Shown here: positions 43,426 through 52,276 of the stretch, in pieces | Numbering within the stretch: position 1 is the stretch's first letter | How the letters are laid out: each line of letters begins with the position of its first letter | Assembly (NCBI GenBank): GCA_028279045.1 | Contig: JANQSZ010000023.1 | Span: forward strand, 248 to 64,247 | DNA: 64,000 bases | Source of the DNA: Candidatus Nanoarchaeia archaeon | GTDB taxonomy: Archaea > Nanobdellota > Nanobdellia > Woesearchaeales > UBA10216 | Direction: 5' to 3' | Translations under genes and position numbers: made by a program | Notes under the pieces: model-generated | Told to the model about the DNA's origin: nothing | Seen by the model: only the letters and a program-made list of their open reading frames with translations | Databases searched by the model: none

Positions 43426-45074
43426 AGCAAGCCGATCAAAGCAAGGTACAATCCACTTGATGTGAATGAACCTGTTTCTTCTGGCTCAGCAACAACATTG
43501 CCTGTAGGCGTTGTTACTTCGTTACCATCGCTTGGAATCACAACTACTTCAACATCTTCTGGCTCCTCTGTTTCTTCAGGGGTTGTTGGAGTCGTAGGAG
43601 TTGTTGGTGTTGTAGTTCCAGTTGTACATTCTGCCTTTGTTAGGAAGATTGCGTCTTGGTTACTCTCTTCGTTGACATCGTAGAACGTTTCTACAAAGAT
43701 TCTGTATGTTCCAACAGGTAAGTCGGATGGAATCGGTACAACAAAACGTACTGTTTCATCGTCGTCTTCATCAAAGTTATCGATTTCTCGACTTACTTCG
43801 TTAAAGGTTGAAAGTTCTCTTTCACCTTGAACGTGAACAAATACTTCATCTTCGTCACGGCTTCCGATGTTCTTGATTCGAACTGTCAATTCTGAAGTTG
43901 ATTGACAAGTGACAACTTCTGGGCTTAGTGACAAGCTTCGGATGTCGATTTCGTGCGTTTGTCGGTCAACTTCGATGGTAAATTCAATCAATTCACCGTG
44001 AGCTGCGCCGAATTCATCGTCTGCAGTCAATCGCATTTCTCCGTCGTAGTCATCGCCATCAGCATCATCTTCAACATCAGCGTCAACCATGTCTTCTTCT
44101 TCGTCTTCTGCTTTAAGATCGCCAAAGTCAAGGTCTTCGTCAATGTCAAGGTCGTCTACTTCGATAACAACTTCAACATCTTCAAGTTCAACATCTTCGT
44201 CGTCGCCGAATTCATTTTCAACTTCAACAGTGAATTGCAAAATGTCGCCTGGCTTAACATCTTTAACAGTGTCGCCATCGTCAACATCTTCGTTTTCATC
44301 GCCAAAGTCTACTTCGACATTCTTGTAGGAAAGTCTGTTTTCAGCTTGCATGTTAACTTGAGTTGATGCACTTGTTGGGTTTCCGTCTACAGTTCCGCTC
44401 CATGAGATTGTTGCTACATGGAATGCAGTTTCAATCAAATTAGCGTCAACAGCGTCCAGGTTTTCTGGAATACGGAAGAGAACAGTTGCAGTTGCACTGT
44501 CGCCAGGAGCAACAGTAGTAACGTCAAATTCGATGGTAGGTTTCAAAAGAGTTTCAGTGTACTTACCAATAGTTGAAACAGAAGCATCAAGGTTTGTTAG
44601 CGTATCAGCAGCGTTGTTTGTAATAGTAACAGTCTGCGTCAAGTTAACTTCTCGATCATCTCTGTCATCATGGTTAGGGTTTGAACGTCTTTGGTTTGAC
44701 CCACCGTAGTTGATTGTGTCGTCAACAGTGATTGCAGGGCCTGTTACTGTAATAGTAAATTCAGCTGCAGTAGAACTGTCATCGTCACTTGCGTTGATCT
44801 TAACATCATATGTTCCAGCATCGCCAGTGGAAGGTGTCCACGTAAGTGAAGCTGTGGTTTCGCCAGTCACATGAGCAAATGCTGCATTTGTTGGCTTAGT
44901 TTCAGCGACCATAACTAGGTCTCCGTTGTCCGCTGCTGAACTTGAAAAGTCAACAACAAGTTCCTGACCTTCTTCAACAGTTTGATCTAAAACTGCGTCA
45001 ATGGTAGGATCTGCTGCTACAAAACTCGCAAGAAATACAGCTAGGACAATACTTAATATTGTAAATCGTTTCAT
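43368..45074 (-). CDS. acidic repeat-rich cell-surface protein with signal peptide and C-terminal TM anchor
   Basis: 568 aa. Signal peptide MKRFTILSIVLAVFLASFVAA, Ig-like beta-rich N-terminal half, long Asp/Glu repeat stretch, TPTTPTTPTTPEETEEPEDVE linker, and C-terminal helix LYLALIGLLYLVVIVLAIILAIKLLQK. Confidence 0.6.
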   Translation of the reverse strand: MKRFTILSIVLAVFLASFVAADPTIDAVLDQTVEEGQELVVDFSSSAADNGDLVMVAETKPTNAAFAHVTGETTASLTWTPSTGDAGTYDVKINASDDDSSTAAEFTITVTGPAITVDDTINYGGSNQRRSNPNHDDRDDREVNLTQTVTITNNAADTLTNLDASVSTIGKYTETLLKPTIEFDVTTVAPGDSATATVLFRIPENLDAVDANLIETAFHVATISWSGTVDGNPTSASTQVNMQAENRLSYKNVEVDFGDENEDVDDGDTVKDVKPGDILQFTVEVENEFGDDEDVELEDVEVVIEVDDLDIDEDLDFGDLKAEDEEEDMVDADVEDDADGDDYDGEMRLTADDEFGAAHGELIEFTIEVDRQTHEIDIRSLSLSPEVVTCQSTSELTVRIKNIGSRDEDEVFVHVQGERELSTFNEVSREIDNFDEDDDETVRFVVPIPSDLPVGTYRIFVETFYDVNEESNQDAIFLTKAECTTGTTTPTTPTTPTTPEETEEPEDVEVVVIPSDGNEVTTPTGNVVAEPEETGSFTSSGLYLALIGLLYLVVIVLAIILAIKLLQK

Positions 45075-45211
45075 TGTATTGTACCCCCGAATTGGTAATT
45101 TGTAATCATTTACCAGTGGTATTTTGAGATCAGTATATAAACCTTTCGGTTATATTCATACTTCTCATTAGAATAGGAGTATCCTCGAGTAGTATAAAAA
45201 TGTTATGCGGC

Positions 45212-45691
45212 CTATTTATTGCCGCAATAGAAAATGCTTTCCACAGAGGGGTCGAATCCGGGTTCTTCAGGTTCCGCAGCTGGTTGCTGAGGTTCCTCCT
45301 TTGGCTCATGAAGGGTCTGCTGTTGCTCAGGAACGGGCTCGGGTTTCGGGGGAGCCGGCTCGGGTGGGCGAGAAGTGTGGGCAGCAACAGCAGCCCGTAC
45401 TGCGTCTTGCAGTTGTTGATTAAATGAGGCCATCTGTATATTCAGCTTCTGGATCTCCTTTCGGGATGTCTCCTGAAGCTCGGCCATCTCTTGTCTCATA
45501 CTATTGACTTGATTGTAGAGTGCTTGTACTTCTCGCTCACTCTGAGTTAGTTCTGATTCTTGAGTCAACTTTTCTCCAAGCACCATAGATTGGGCCTGGT
45601 CATATGCTTGATCATTAGGTAATCCAAGATTGTGTTCTTTCAACACAGAAATCATGTTGTTTACGCGAGTTATGTCTTGTACGCCTTCCAT
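45212..45691 (-). CDS. coiled-coil protein with Pro-rich C-terminus, hypothetical
   Basis: 159 aa with heptad pattern for ~100 aa followed by a PEPAPPKPEPVPEQQ...PAAEPEEP tail. Confidence 0.4.
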   Translation of the reverse strand: MEGVQDITRVNNMISVLKEHNLGLPNDQAYDQAQSMVLGEKLTQESELTQSEREVQALYNQVNSMRQEMAELQETSRKEIQKLNIQMASFNQQLQDAVRAAVAAHTSRPPEPAPPKPEPVPEQQQTLHEPKEEPQQPAAEPEEPGFDPSVESIFYCGNK

Positions 45692-45734
45692 ATACCAGTA
45701 TACTAAATAGGTACTTTATATACTTTTCGGTATA

Positions 45735-45854
45735 CTACAGTGCATCCATTTCTTTTTTCAACTTAACCAGACAGTCTGGGCAGATCTTCTTGGGATCTGT
45801 AGAATCAGCTTCCTTCTTGCAACGAATGCAGAGATGCATACCCCTACTAGCCAT
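45735..45854 (-). CDS. possible small zinc-ribbon protein (39 aa)
   Basis: Unlisted ORF MASRGMHLCIRCKKEADSTDPKKICPDCLVKLKKEMDAL with CxxC...CxxC spacing. Support is weak. Confidence 0.3.
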   Translation of the reverse strand: MASRGMHLCIRCKKEADSTDPKKICPDCLVKLKKEMDAL

Positions 45855-45921
45855 CTCCCCTATTTAAACAATCTGCAAACCTTTATAGGTAACCCCAGAA
45901 GTCCAAAGAACGGTGTTGTGA

Positions 45922-46209
45922 ATGAGTGTAATAGAACCGCAAAGGATACCTTTAACAGAAGTAATAAGAGAAATCGAACGCGATCAAATACCAATGACTG
46001 AACCAGCAGAACAGTTTCTCAGCAGCGTTAACCCAGATGACTATACCTTAGATGCCTACAATGCATCATCTACCAGCATCCGGGATGTCAAGATAGCAAG
46101 GCTAAACAACAATAGTGTCAGACCAGTAGGATCACTCATCTACTGGAGAGGACGCGTAAGCTACATGCCAAGACAATGCGACCAGAAATATACAACCAAG
46201 GGCAGCTAA
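45922..46209 (+). CDS. hypothetical protein (N-terminal part of a possibly frameshifted gene)
   Basis: 95-aa ORF whose 3' end overlaps the next ORF by 34 nt in a different frame. Confidence 0.35.
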   Translation: MSVIEPQRIPLTEVIREIERDQIPMTEPAEQFLSSVNPDDYTLDAYNASSTSIRDVKIARLNNNSVRPVGSLIYWRGRVSYMPRQCDQKYTTKGS

Positions 46210-46568
46210 TCGCAATTGACCCATACATTAGTACACATCTGCAAGCACTTCATCACGACCTCCAGCAGCCAGATCCAGAAAAACATCTGCTGAGAGGTGC
46301 GTGCAAAGAATTTTCAGTTGACCCAGATAGTTTGGATATCTTACTAGGCTTGAACAATATTAAAGACTGGCAAATACTGACAAAAAGAAAGCCAGGACGT
46401 GAATACACAGGAGTTCTACCCGGGTCCGATCTTTGTGTCGGAGGCAACATTAAGGAAGCGATTGTTATGGATTATGATGGCGAAGATATTGGATTCGTTA
46501 CTCACAAAGACGGAGCATTGCATTTCACACGAATTACAGAACCGTTAACGTACGGCAACGAATACTAA
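46176..46568 (+). CDS. hypothetical protein (C-terminal part of a possibly frameshifted gene)
   Basis: 130-aa ORF. See the previous entry. Confidence 0.35.
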   Translation: MRPEIYNQGQLIAIDPYISTHLQALHHDLQQPDPEKHLLRGACKEFSVDPDSLDILLGLNNIKDWQILTKRKPGREYTGVLPGSDLCVGGNIKEAIVMDYDGEDIGFVTHKDGALHFTRITEPLTYGNEY

Positions 46569-47006
46569 ATCCACACCAACATCAATTTCTTTTTGCACAG
46601 TTAAATTCTTCCGAATCAATTCCACATGTTTCTCAAATTCATTTGCTTTCTTCAACAAACTCACAATAACATACTTCCGAGAAACCCGTTTCATTTCCAG
46701 CAACGCATTCGGAAAGTGATGAAACGCCGTAACGCAAATAACACAATCAAAACTCTTGTCAGCAAACGGCAACGCATCTGCAGTCCCTTCCACGACGGGA
46801 AAAGATGCCTGCTTCAATAATTCCCGTGCAGGATCAATACCAATAACATCCCAGCCCAGCACATCGGAAAGCCCGGTTCCGCATCCAACATCCAGAACTT
46901 TTCCAGGATCAGCAACATTCTGCTTGATCACGTCAAACTTCTTCAGCTGTTCTTCGCCATGCAACTCATTGTAATTCGCTGCCGTTGCATCATAATAGTT
47001 TTCCAT
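46545..47006 (-). CDS. class I SAM-dependent methyltransferase
   Basis: Motif I VLDVGCGTG and post-I acidic D (GIDPAREL). Start set at MENYYDATAANY; the longer ORF-track N-terminus is not supported. Confidence 0.65.
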   Translation of the reverse strand: MENYYDATAANYNELHGEEQLKKFDVIKQNVADPGKVLDVGCGTGLSDVLGWDVIGIDPARELLKQASFPVVEGTADALPFADKSFDCVICVTAFHHFPNALLEMKRVSRKYVIVSLLKKANEFEKHVELIRKNLTVQKEIDVGVDLVFVAVR

Positions 47007-47037
47007 CTCAGAAAGAAACAATTGTGCATTCAAGAAG

Positions 47038-47457
47038 TTATCGACAAATTGCAGGATCGCCAACGCATGGCTTGCCGTAAATCGGAATAACACTGCCTTC
47101 ATCATCCCGTAACGAAATAACGAAGTCTTCGTCCACACCAAGCTGTTGCTTGAGCGAATTGTAATCAGATTGCGCAAATTTTTCTAATCGCAGCGGATCA
47201 ATTTGATTATTTATCACAAATCCAATGCTATTCTCCGTCGGACTAGAGAGTGCAATCATATTGATGATACTTTCATCTTGTTGACGTGATTGCTCCGATG
47301 ATGCGAGGTCAAACAAAAATAACAACACCAAAATGACACCGAATGCAATCACAACATTGTATTTGTCAGAGTGCTTGTTGTAATGCTCAACATGCGCAGC
47401 GCGCTTTGTTGTTTTCTTTGCTGTTCTCTTCGCTGTCCGTTTCTTAGCTCGTGCCAT
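47038..47457 (-). CDS. hypothetical single-pass membrane protein with basic N-terminus
   Basis: 139 aa. N-terminus MARAKKRTAKRTAKKTTKRAAH, then one TM helix. Confidence 0.4.
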   Translation of the reverse strand: MARAKKRTAKRTAKKTTKRAAHVEHYNKHSDKYNVVIAFGVILVLLFLFDLASSEQSRQQDESIINMIALSSPTENSIGFVINNQIDPLRLEKFAQSDYNSLKQQLGVDEDFVISLRDDEGSVIPIYGKPCVGDPAICR

Positions 47458-50400
47458 TAGTCAAACACATCAATTACTAATTTGATCAGTTCTCCTTCGT
47501 ACCAAACATCACGCGTTACTCGCACGGAGTTCGCAGCGTCAATTTCTGCTTCTGCTGGAACTTCTTGCGGCGTATATGGTACACCTGTACAACATTGTAC
47601 TTCTTCTCCGCCAGGGTAATCAAATCTGAAGTCTTTTTGTTGATCATTACACAATTGCATCACCGTCGTGTCAAAGAAGTTACAATTGTTTACTCCTTGA
47701 CATACTGGATGACAGGTATTGTCTGACGCAAACGTACAGTCTGATTCACATTCAGACGGTCCGACGCCCATAGTGTCATCGTGTTGCACATTCTCGAATG
47801 GTCCAACTAAAATTGCTCCCGATACAGTGTTAGTGTACGGTGATCGTGAAAAGACTAAGTTATATGTCGAGTCATCGTCAACAACCAGCACATAATCTCC
47901 ATTCGAATCAGTAAACGTAATGAATCCTGTTGATTCTGCTTGCACACGCACATTAGCAATTGGCAAGCCTGAGTTGAAATCAGTTATTTGTCCGTAAATA
48001 CTTCCGACAGTTCCGCCCCAAACTCCTGGACTTGCTGATCGACATACTTCTTGTCTGCCGCTATCGCCAGTTAACACATCTTGGTATGATGCTTGATAAT
48101 TAGTCTGGATAACACCGTCAGTTCGTGAGTTCTTTAGTGCTTCCTTGATGCATGTTTCTGATGCTGATCCGCCACCGCATGCTTCTCGAGCAATGTCATC
48201 AACACTTCGGTAACATTGTCCGCCGAACACACAATCTGAAACACGTAAACAACATGCTTCGTCATCACTGTCTTCACAAATTTCGTTTGTTGGTGGCGTT
48301 GCACCGCCGAGGTCTCCATCAAATGGTCCGTCAAGAGGTTGAGTGTTATGTGCAGGTGTTTCACATGCAGATTCGTCTACAGGCTTAAGCCATTGGAATC
48401 TATGAACGTTTTCATCCTGGTCGTCTCCACAACAGAGTCCAGGACTTCCGTCGTGATCAGGAATACCGTACTTCAATTCAATACCGCCAAGTCCTGCACT
48501 TGCCGCAGCACAGGTGTTACACGCTTGCGCATTACCCGTCGAGTCAGGATCGTGTACTGAGGAAGTACAACTTTCAAGTATACCGTTTCCGTTGAGATCT
48601 GTAAGATGATACTCAATATAATCACAGCCACCAGCAGTTCCACAATCAGCAGCGTTTTGACAAGCGTCAGTACCTCCGCCACCAGCTGCAACAGCACCAC
48701 AGGCACCTGCACCGCACGAGCCAATCAGACCTGGTGTACACGTACTGTCTGGTTGCGAAGGATCGTTACCTGGTGAACCGTCAGGATCTGTTCCAGCCAC
48801 ATCCTGATATTCACAATCAACATTTGATGTTGCACAGTTAAGGCCAGATGCAAATGTTTCTGTTACCGTATCACCGTCTAAACAACTGTCAGCAACTGCT
48901 ACGGAAACACAGTTTCCAGCAACGCAAGCTCCTGTGTAATCTTGACAAGTTCCGTAGGTTCCTGGGGCATTTCCACTGTCTGGGTTATTATCGTATGAAT
49001 TGTAAATAGGATCTGTTGCGCAGTTTTCTGCAGCGAGTACTATAACATCACACTGGCCAGATCCGACATTACAATAGTTGTCATGATTTTCTCTATCAGA
49101 GCCAATACAGGTCCAGCCGTCGCCAATATCACAATTGGTTGATACGGCTATTTGCGTATCACAAAAACCTGTTTGACCACCGTTGCAAAAGTATTCATAT
49201 TCTTCAGAGGTCTGTCCATTGCATTGAAAGAAGTTTGCTTGATTAGTACATGATGAATCACAGGTTACACAATCAGGTGCACACGAGCCAACGGTCTCCG
49301 GTCCTTCACAAACACCGTCACCGCAGTTCGTTTCATCATCATCGTATGGGTCTCCTGCACAGCCAACGTCAGCAAGATCATCATCAAAGTCTCCGTCGTT
49401 GTCAATACCATCATTACATTCTGTCTCACACGATGCTGCATTAATACATCTGTTCTCATCGCCGCCGCCACAATCAGGATCAGCACAAGATCTCGTTTGA
49501 TGTCGGTCATCTACATTACATGTCCAGGCACCACACGCTTGGTTACTCCAACCGCTGCAGGAAGCAGTATTACAAGATCCACCGTCACAATCATTAGGAC
49601 AGGATCCAGCTGTCTCACCAGCCTCACAAATATAGTCATTATCACAACTAGGAGGTGGAGGAGCACATGCTGCATCATTCACACATCTGTTTTCATCACC
49701 GCTTCCACAATCAGGATCTGAACAACTTCTTGATTGATGCCGTTGATCTACACAAGACCAGCCGTCACACGCTTGATTGTTCCAACCGCTACAGGATGCT
49801 GTATTACACGATCCGCCGTCACAATCGCTTGGACAGGAACCAGCTGTCTCACCAGCCTCACAAACATAATCTCCGTCGCAACCAGGAGGACATGCTCCAC
49901 AGTCAGCAGAACACGTTGAACAGGATTCACCACCATTACACGAACCATCACCACACCATGGTGGAGGAGGCGGACAAACACCACAATCAGCAGAACACGT
50001 TGAACATGTCTCACCACCATTACACGAACCATCACCACATCCTGGCGGCGGAGGCGGACAAACACCACAATCAGCAGAACATGATGAGCACGTTTCACCG
50101 CCATTACACGAACCATCAGGACACGACGGCGGAGGAGGTGGTGAATTACAACCAACAGCGCCACCAGGTACTCCCCAACAGCCGTTTCCGTTACAACTCA
50201 AAGCAAAAGATTCTGAACAATCTTGATTTCTCCAGTACAGATCGCCACTACCGTGACAAACAAAACCTTGGGTGGAGGCGCAAGCCCACTCGCAAGATGG
50301 AGTGCAGGCTGATGATCCCGCAAATCCATGATCACAGTCTTCACCAGGGTCCACATCAAAGTCACCACAAATACCTCCACCTACAGGAGGACATCCAGCA

Positions 50401-50744
50401 CAACTCGGCATCATGCTACAATCATGAGGCACTGTATTAACGGCGATACTTCCAAGAGCACATGCACCCCACGGTTCGCAGACTTCCCATACTTCATTGT
50501 TACAAACACGTTCAGGTAGTGCACAGCAGAAATTAGGGGTAAAATAGTGATTACAGATAACTCCTGTGTTTCCTGGCAAGGTACAATCTATACCACCGCT
50601 TATGTGATCAGCTTGAGCTTGTTCAGCGTTAATTGTAAAAAGTATGATAAATAATAGAGAAATACCTATAATACTAACTTGTTTGGTGTGTTGATGCATA
50701 AACTGGAATAACATTATACAATTCCTTTTACGGTAATACTCCAA
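47457..50744 (-). CDS. giant Cys-rich secreted protein with CPPPPP-CGDGSCNGGE-CS-CSADCG repeats and C-terminal carboxypeptidase-regulatory-like domain
   Basis: 1095 aa. N-terminal signal/TM VSIIGISLLFIILFTINAEQAQA. Three tandem copies of CPPPPPxCGDGSCNGGE(T/S)CS(T/S)CSADCG(V/A)CPP and two copies of SCSGW(N/S)NQAC..W.C.(D/V)..RHQ.RSC.DPDCG. C-terminal ...GQITDFNSGLPIANVRVQAESTGFITFTDSNGDYVLVV. Confidence 0.7.
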   Translation of the reverse strand: MEYYRKRNCIMLFQFMHQHTKQVSIIGISLLFIILFTINAEQAQADHISGGIDCTLPGNTGVICNHYFTPNFCCALPERVCNNEVWEVCEPWGACALGSIAVNTVPHDCSMMPSCAGCPPVGGGICGDFDVDPGEDCDHGFAGSSACTPSCEWACASTQGFVCHGSGDLYWRNQDCSESFALSCNGNGCWGVPGGAVGCNSPPPPPSCPDGSCNGGETCSSCSADCGVCPPPPPGCGDGSCNGGETCSTCSADCGVCPPPPPWCGDGSCNGGESCSTCSADCGACPPGCDGDYVCEAGETAGSCPSDCDGGSCNTASCSGWNNQACDGWSCVDQRHQSRSCSDPDCGSGDENRCVNDAACAPPPPSCDNDYICEAGETAGSCPNDCDGGSCNTASCSGWSNQACGAWTCNVDDRHQTRSCADPDCGGGDENRCINAASCETECNDGIDNDGDFDDDLADVGCAGDPYDDDETNCGDGVCEGPETVGSCAPDCVTCDSSCTNQANFFQCNGQTSEEYEYFCNGGQTGFCDTQIAVSTNCDIGDGWTCIGSDRENHDNYCNVGSGQCDVIVLAAENCATDPIYNSYDNNPDSGNAPGTYGTCQDYTGACVAGNCVSVAVADSCLDGDTVTETFASGLNCATSNVDCEYQDVAGTDPDGSPGNDPSQPDSTCTPGLIGSCGAGACGAVAAGGGGTDACQNAADCGTAGGCDYIEYHLTDLNGNGILESCTSSVHDPDSTGNAQACNTCAAASAGLGGIELKYGIPDHDGSPGLCCGDDQDENVHRFQWLKPVDESACETPAHNTQPLDGPFDGDLGGATPPTNEICEDSDDEACCLRVSDCVFGGQCYRSVDDIAREACGGGSASETCIKEALKNSRTDGVIQTNYQASYQDVLTGDSGRQEVCRSASPGVWGGTVGSIYGQITDFNSGLPIANVRVQAESTGFITFTDSNGDYVLVVDDDSTYNLVFSRSPYTNTVSGAILVGPFENVQHDDTMGVGPSECESDCTFASDNTCHPVCQGVNNCNFFDTTVMQLCNDQQKDFRFDYPGGEEVQCCTGVPYTPQEVPAEAEIDAANSVRVTRDVWYEGELIKLVIDVFD

Positions 50745-51180
50745 ATGAGCTTGCTACATATTGCTGATTTCCAATTGGGCCAGCGATGAAAAAGTCACCT
50801 TGAAGTCTCATACCCGGCGTGACGTCTTGGATGAGTACGCGCGCCGTGCCCGTTGCTGCTTGTTGATCAAGATTGTAGATAGGTGCTCCACCAGGACGTT
50901 CAGGTTGTTCGATTCGAATAGTAGCTCCATTATTCTCTAAGACTATAAACTCATTGTTTGCTTCAACAACACTTCCTTCCACAGCAGCACGCCATTGCGT
51001 AATAATAGGATTCAATAGCAAGTCTCGTTCAAGCGGTAAAGTATCTTGAGCTTGAATCTCCTGAACAGGTTGTTCAGATTGCATTCCTTGACCGATTGCA
51101 ATACCAATAACAAACGCAACAATACCTATGGCTACAGCCATAAGTAAGGATTTAGAATTACCTAGTTTAGATGAAATCAT
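50728..51180 (-). CDS. secreted hypothetical protein
   Basis: 150 aa with an N-terminal TM/signal (LLMAVAIGIVAFVIGIAIG). Confidence 0.45.
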   Translation of the reverse strand: MISSKLGNSKSLLMAVAIGIVAFVIGIAIGQGMQSEQPVQEIQAQDTLPLERDLLLNPIITQWRAAVEGSVVEANNEFIVLENNGATIRIEQPERPGGAPIYNLDQQAATGTARVLIQDVTPGMRLQGDFFIAGPIGNQQYVASSFGVLP

Positions 51181-51329
51181 GTGTACATCTCCCCTTTTCT
51201 ATGATAAACACCAATAGAAACAGTGTAATCCCAGAAATATATAAAGTCTTATAACTACTGAGAAGTGAATTTTGTTGGGGTAGGCACCACGATTTTAGCG
51301 AAACTCATCTGATCGGTTTTAAAAATCCA

Positions 51330-52202
51330 TCACTCATGAAACAAAGCAGGATTCACGAAGAACAATGGGACAGGATCAACTTTGGTTCCCCCGATGCTGT
51401 TCGTCACATGAAGGTGCGGGCCGGTGGAGCACGGATCTGTGGTAGCATCTGCTACTCTGGCCACAAGCATCCCTTGCTGAATATTATCACCAGCATTTAC
51501 TTCCCAAAGGTCCACATGAGCGTAATTTTCTATACGTCCATCATTTGTACGTACAGTCAGTAAGCCTGTTGAGCCACCCGGAATACCACAGTAATTATTT
51601 GAGTCAGCATATCCTGCTTGAAGGACACTTCCACCACTCATGGCATGAACCTTCGCACCTTTATTCCCCCTAAGGTCTGCGGCACAAGCCAGCCCGGCAT
51701 TTATGTGCCCCGTACAACCTCTGTCCACGGTGATCTGGCCGGTGAGCGGATACAACAACCCATTCTGTGGTGGTGGAGTCGCAGTAGCGGTTGGCGTAGG
51801 AGTAGGACTTGGTGTAGGCATAGGAGTCGGAGTTGCTGTCGGTCTCGGCGTAGGAGTTGCCGTCGGAGGTTGTGTTGGAGTCGGTGTTGGAGGAATAGAA
51901 GTTGGCGTTGGTGTAGGAACATACGTTGGTGTAGGTTCCGGAGTGTTTGTAGGATCAGGAGTAGGAGAGTATGCTGGTTCAGCCGTAGCTGAAGGTGTTG
52001 CAGATGCAGTGACTGTTGCTTCAAGTGTTGGACTTGCCGTTGGATCAACTGTTGCAGAAGCAGTAGGTTCAGGAACGGGAGTGTCAGTAGGAGTCGCTGT
52101 CGGAGTGGCATTGCTACCAGGCGAGCAAGCTGCAGCAAGATACAGCGCCGTACCAAAAGCCAAGACCTTCATTCTGTGAGGAATAAGATGTTCGAGTCCC
52201 AT
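51330..52202 (-). CDS. M23-family (LytM/lysostaphin-like) metallopeptidase with Thr/Pro-rich linker
   Basis: Signal peptide, about 90 aa of (P/T/A) linker, then an M23 core with HxxxD-like segment (YAHVDLW) and HxH (GPHLHV). Confidence 0.7.
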   Translation of the reverse strand: MGLEHLIPHRMKVLAFGTALYLAAACSPGSNATPTATPTDTPVPEPTASATVDPTASPTLEATVTASATPSATAEPAYSPTPDPTNTPEPTPTYVPTPTPTSIPPTPTPTQPPTATPTPRPTATPTPMPTPSPTPTPTATATPPPQNGLLYPLTGQITVDRGCTGHINAGLACAADLRGNKGAKVHAMSGGSVLQAGYADSNNYCGIPGGSTGLLTVRTNDGRIENYAHVDLWEVNAGDNIQQGMLVARVADATTDPCSTGPHLHVTNSIGGTKVDPVPLFFVNPALFHE

Positions 52203-52221
52203 ACCAGTTTCAACTCAAATC

Positions 52222-52234
52222 TCCTATATAAGCT
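52222..52234 (-). promoter_or_regulatory. TATA box (GCTTATATAGGAG on the minus strand) 23-30 nt upstream of the M23 peptidase ATG
   Basis: AT-rich box at leaderless spacing. Confidence 0.4.
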
Positions 52235-52276
52235 TTTCGGTACTTGATAGTGGTGACATGGATTGTCTATAAAGCA

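Noticed and set aside
43953-44366. Apparent tandem short repeats resembling a CRISPR-like periodicity
   Set aside because: The repeats are coding (Asp/Glu-rich repeats of the 43368-45074 surface protein) and irregular. No CRISPR array or cas genes were detected.
49655-50440. 261-aa His-rich ORF (and several 60-140 aa ORFs) on the plus strand inside the 47457-50744 gene
   Set aside because: These are antisense to the Cys/Pro repeat cassettes of the giant gene. Repetitive GC-rich codons keep the opposite frame open, and there is no independent promoter or domain.
51618-52179. Arg/Cys-rich and Gly/Val-rich ORFs overlapping the M23 peptidase gene
   Set aside because: They lie in antisense or alternate frames of the Thr/Pro-rich linker coding region and have low-complexity composition only.
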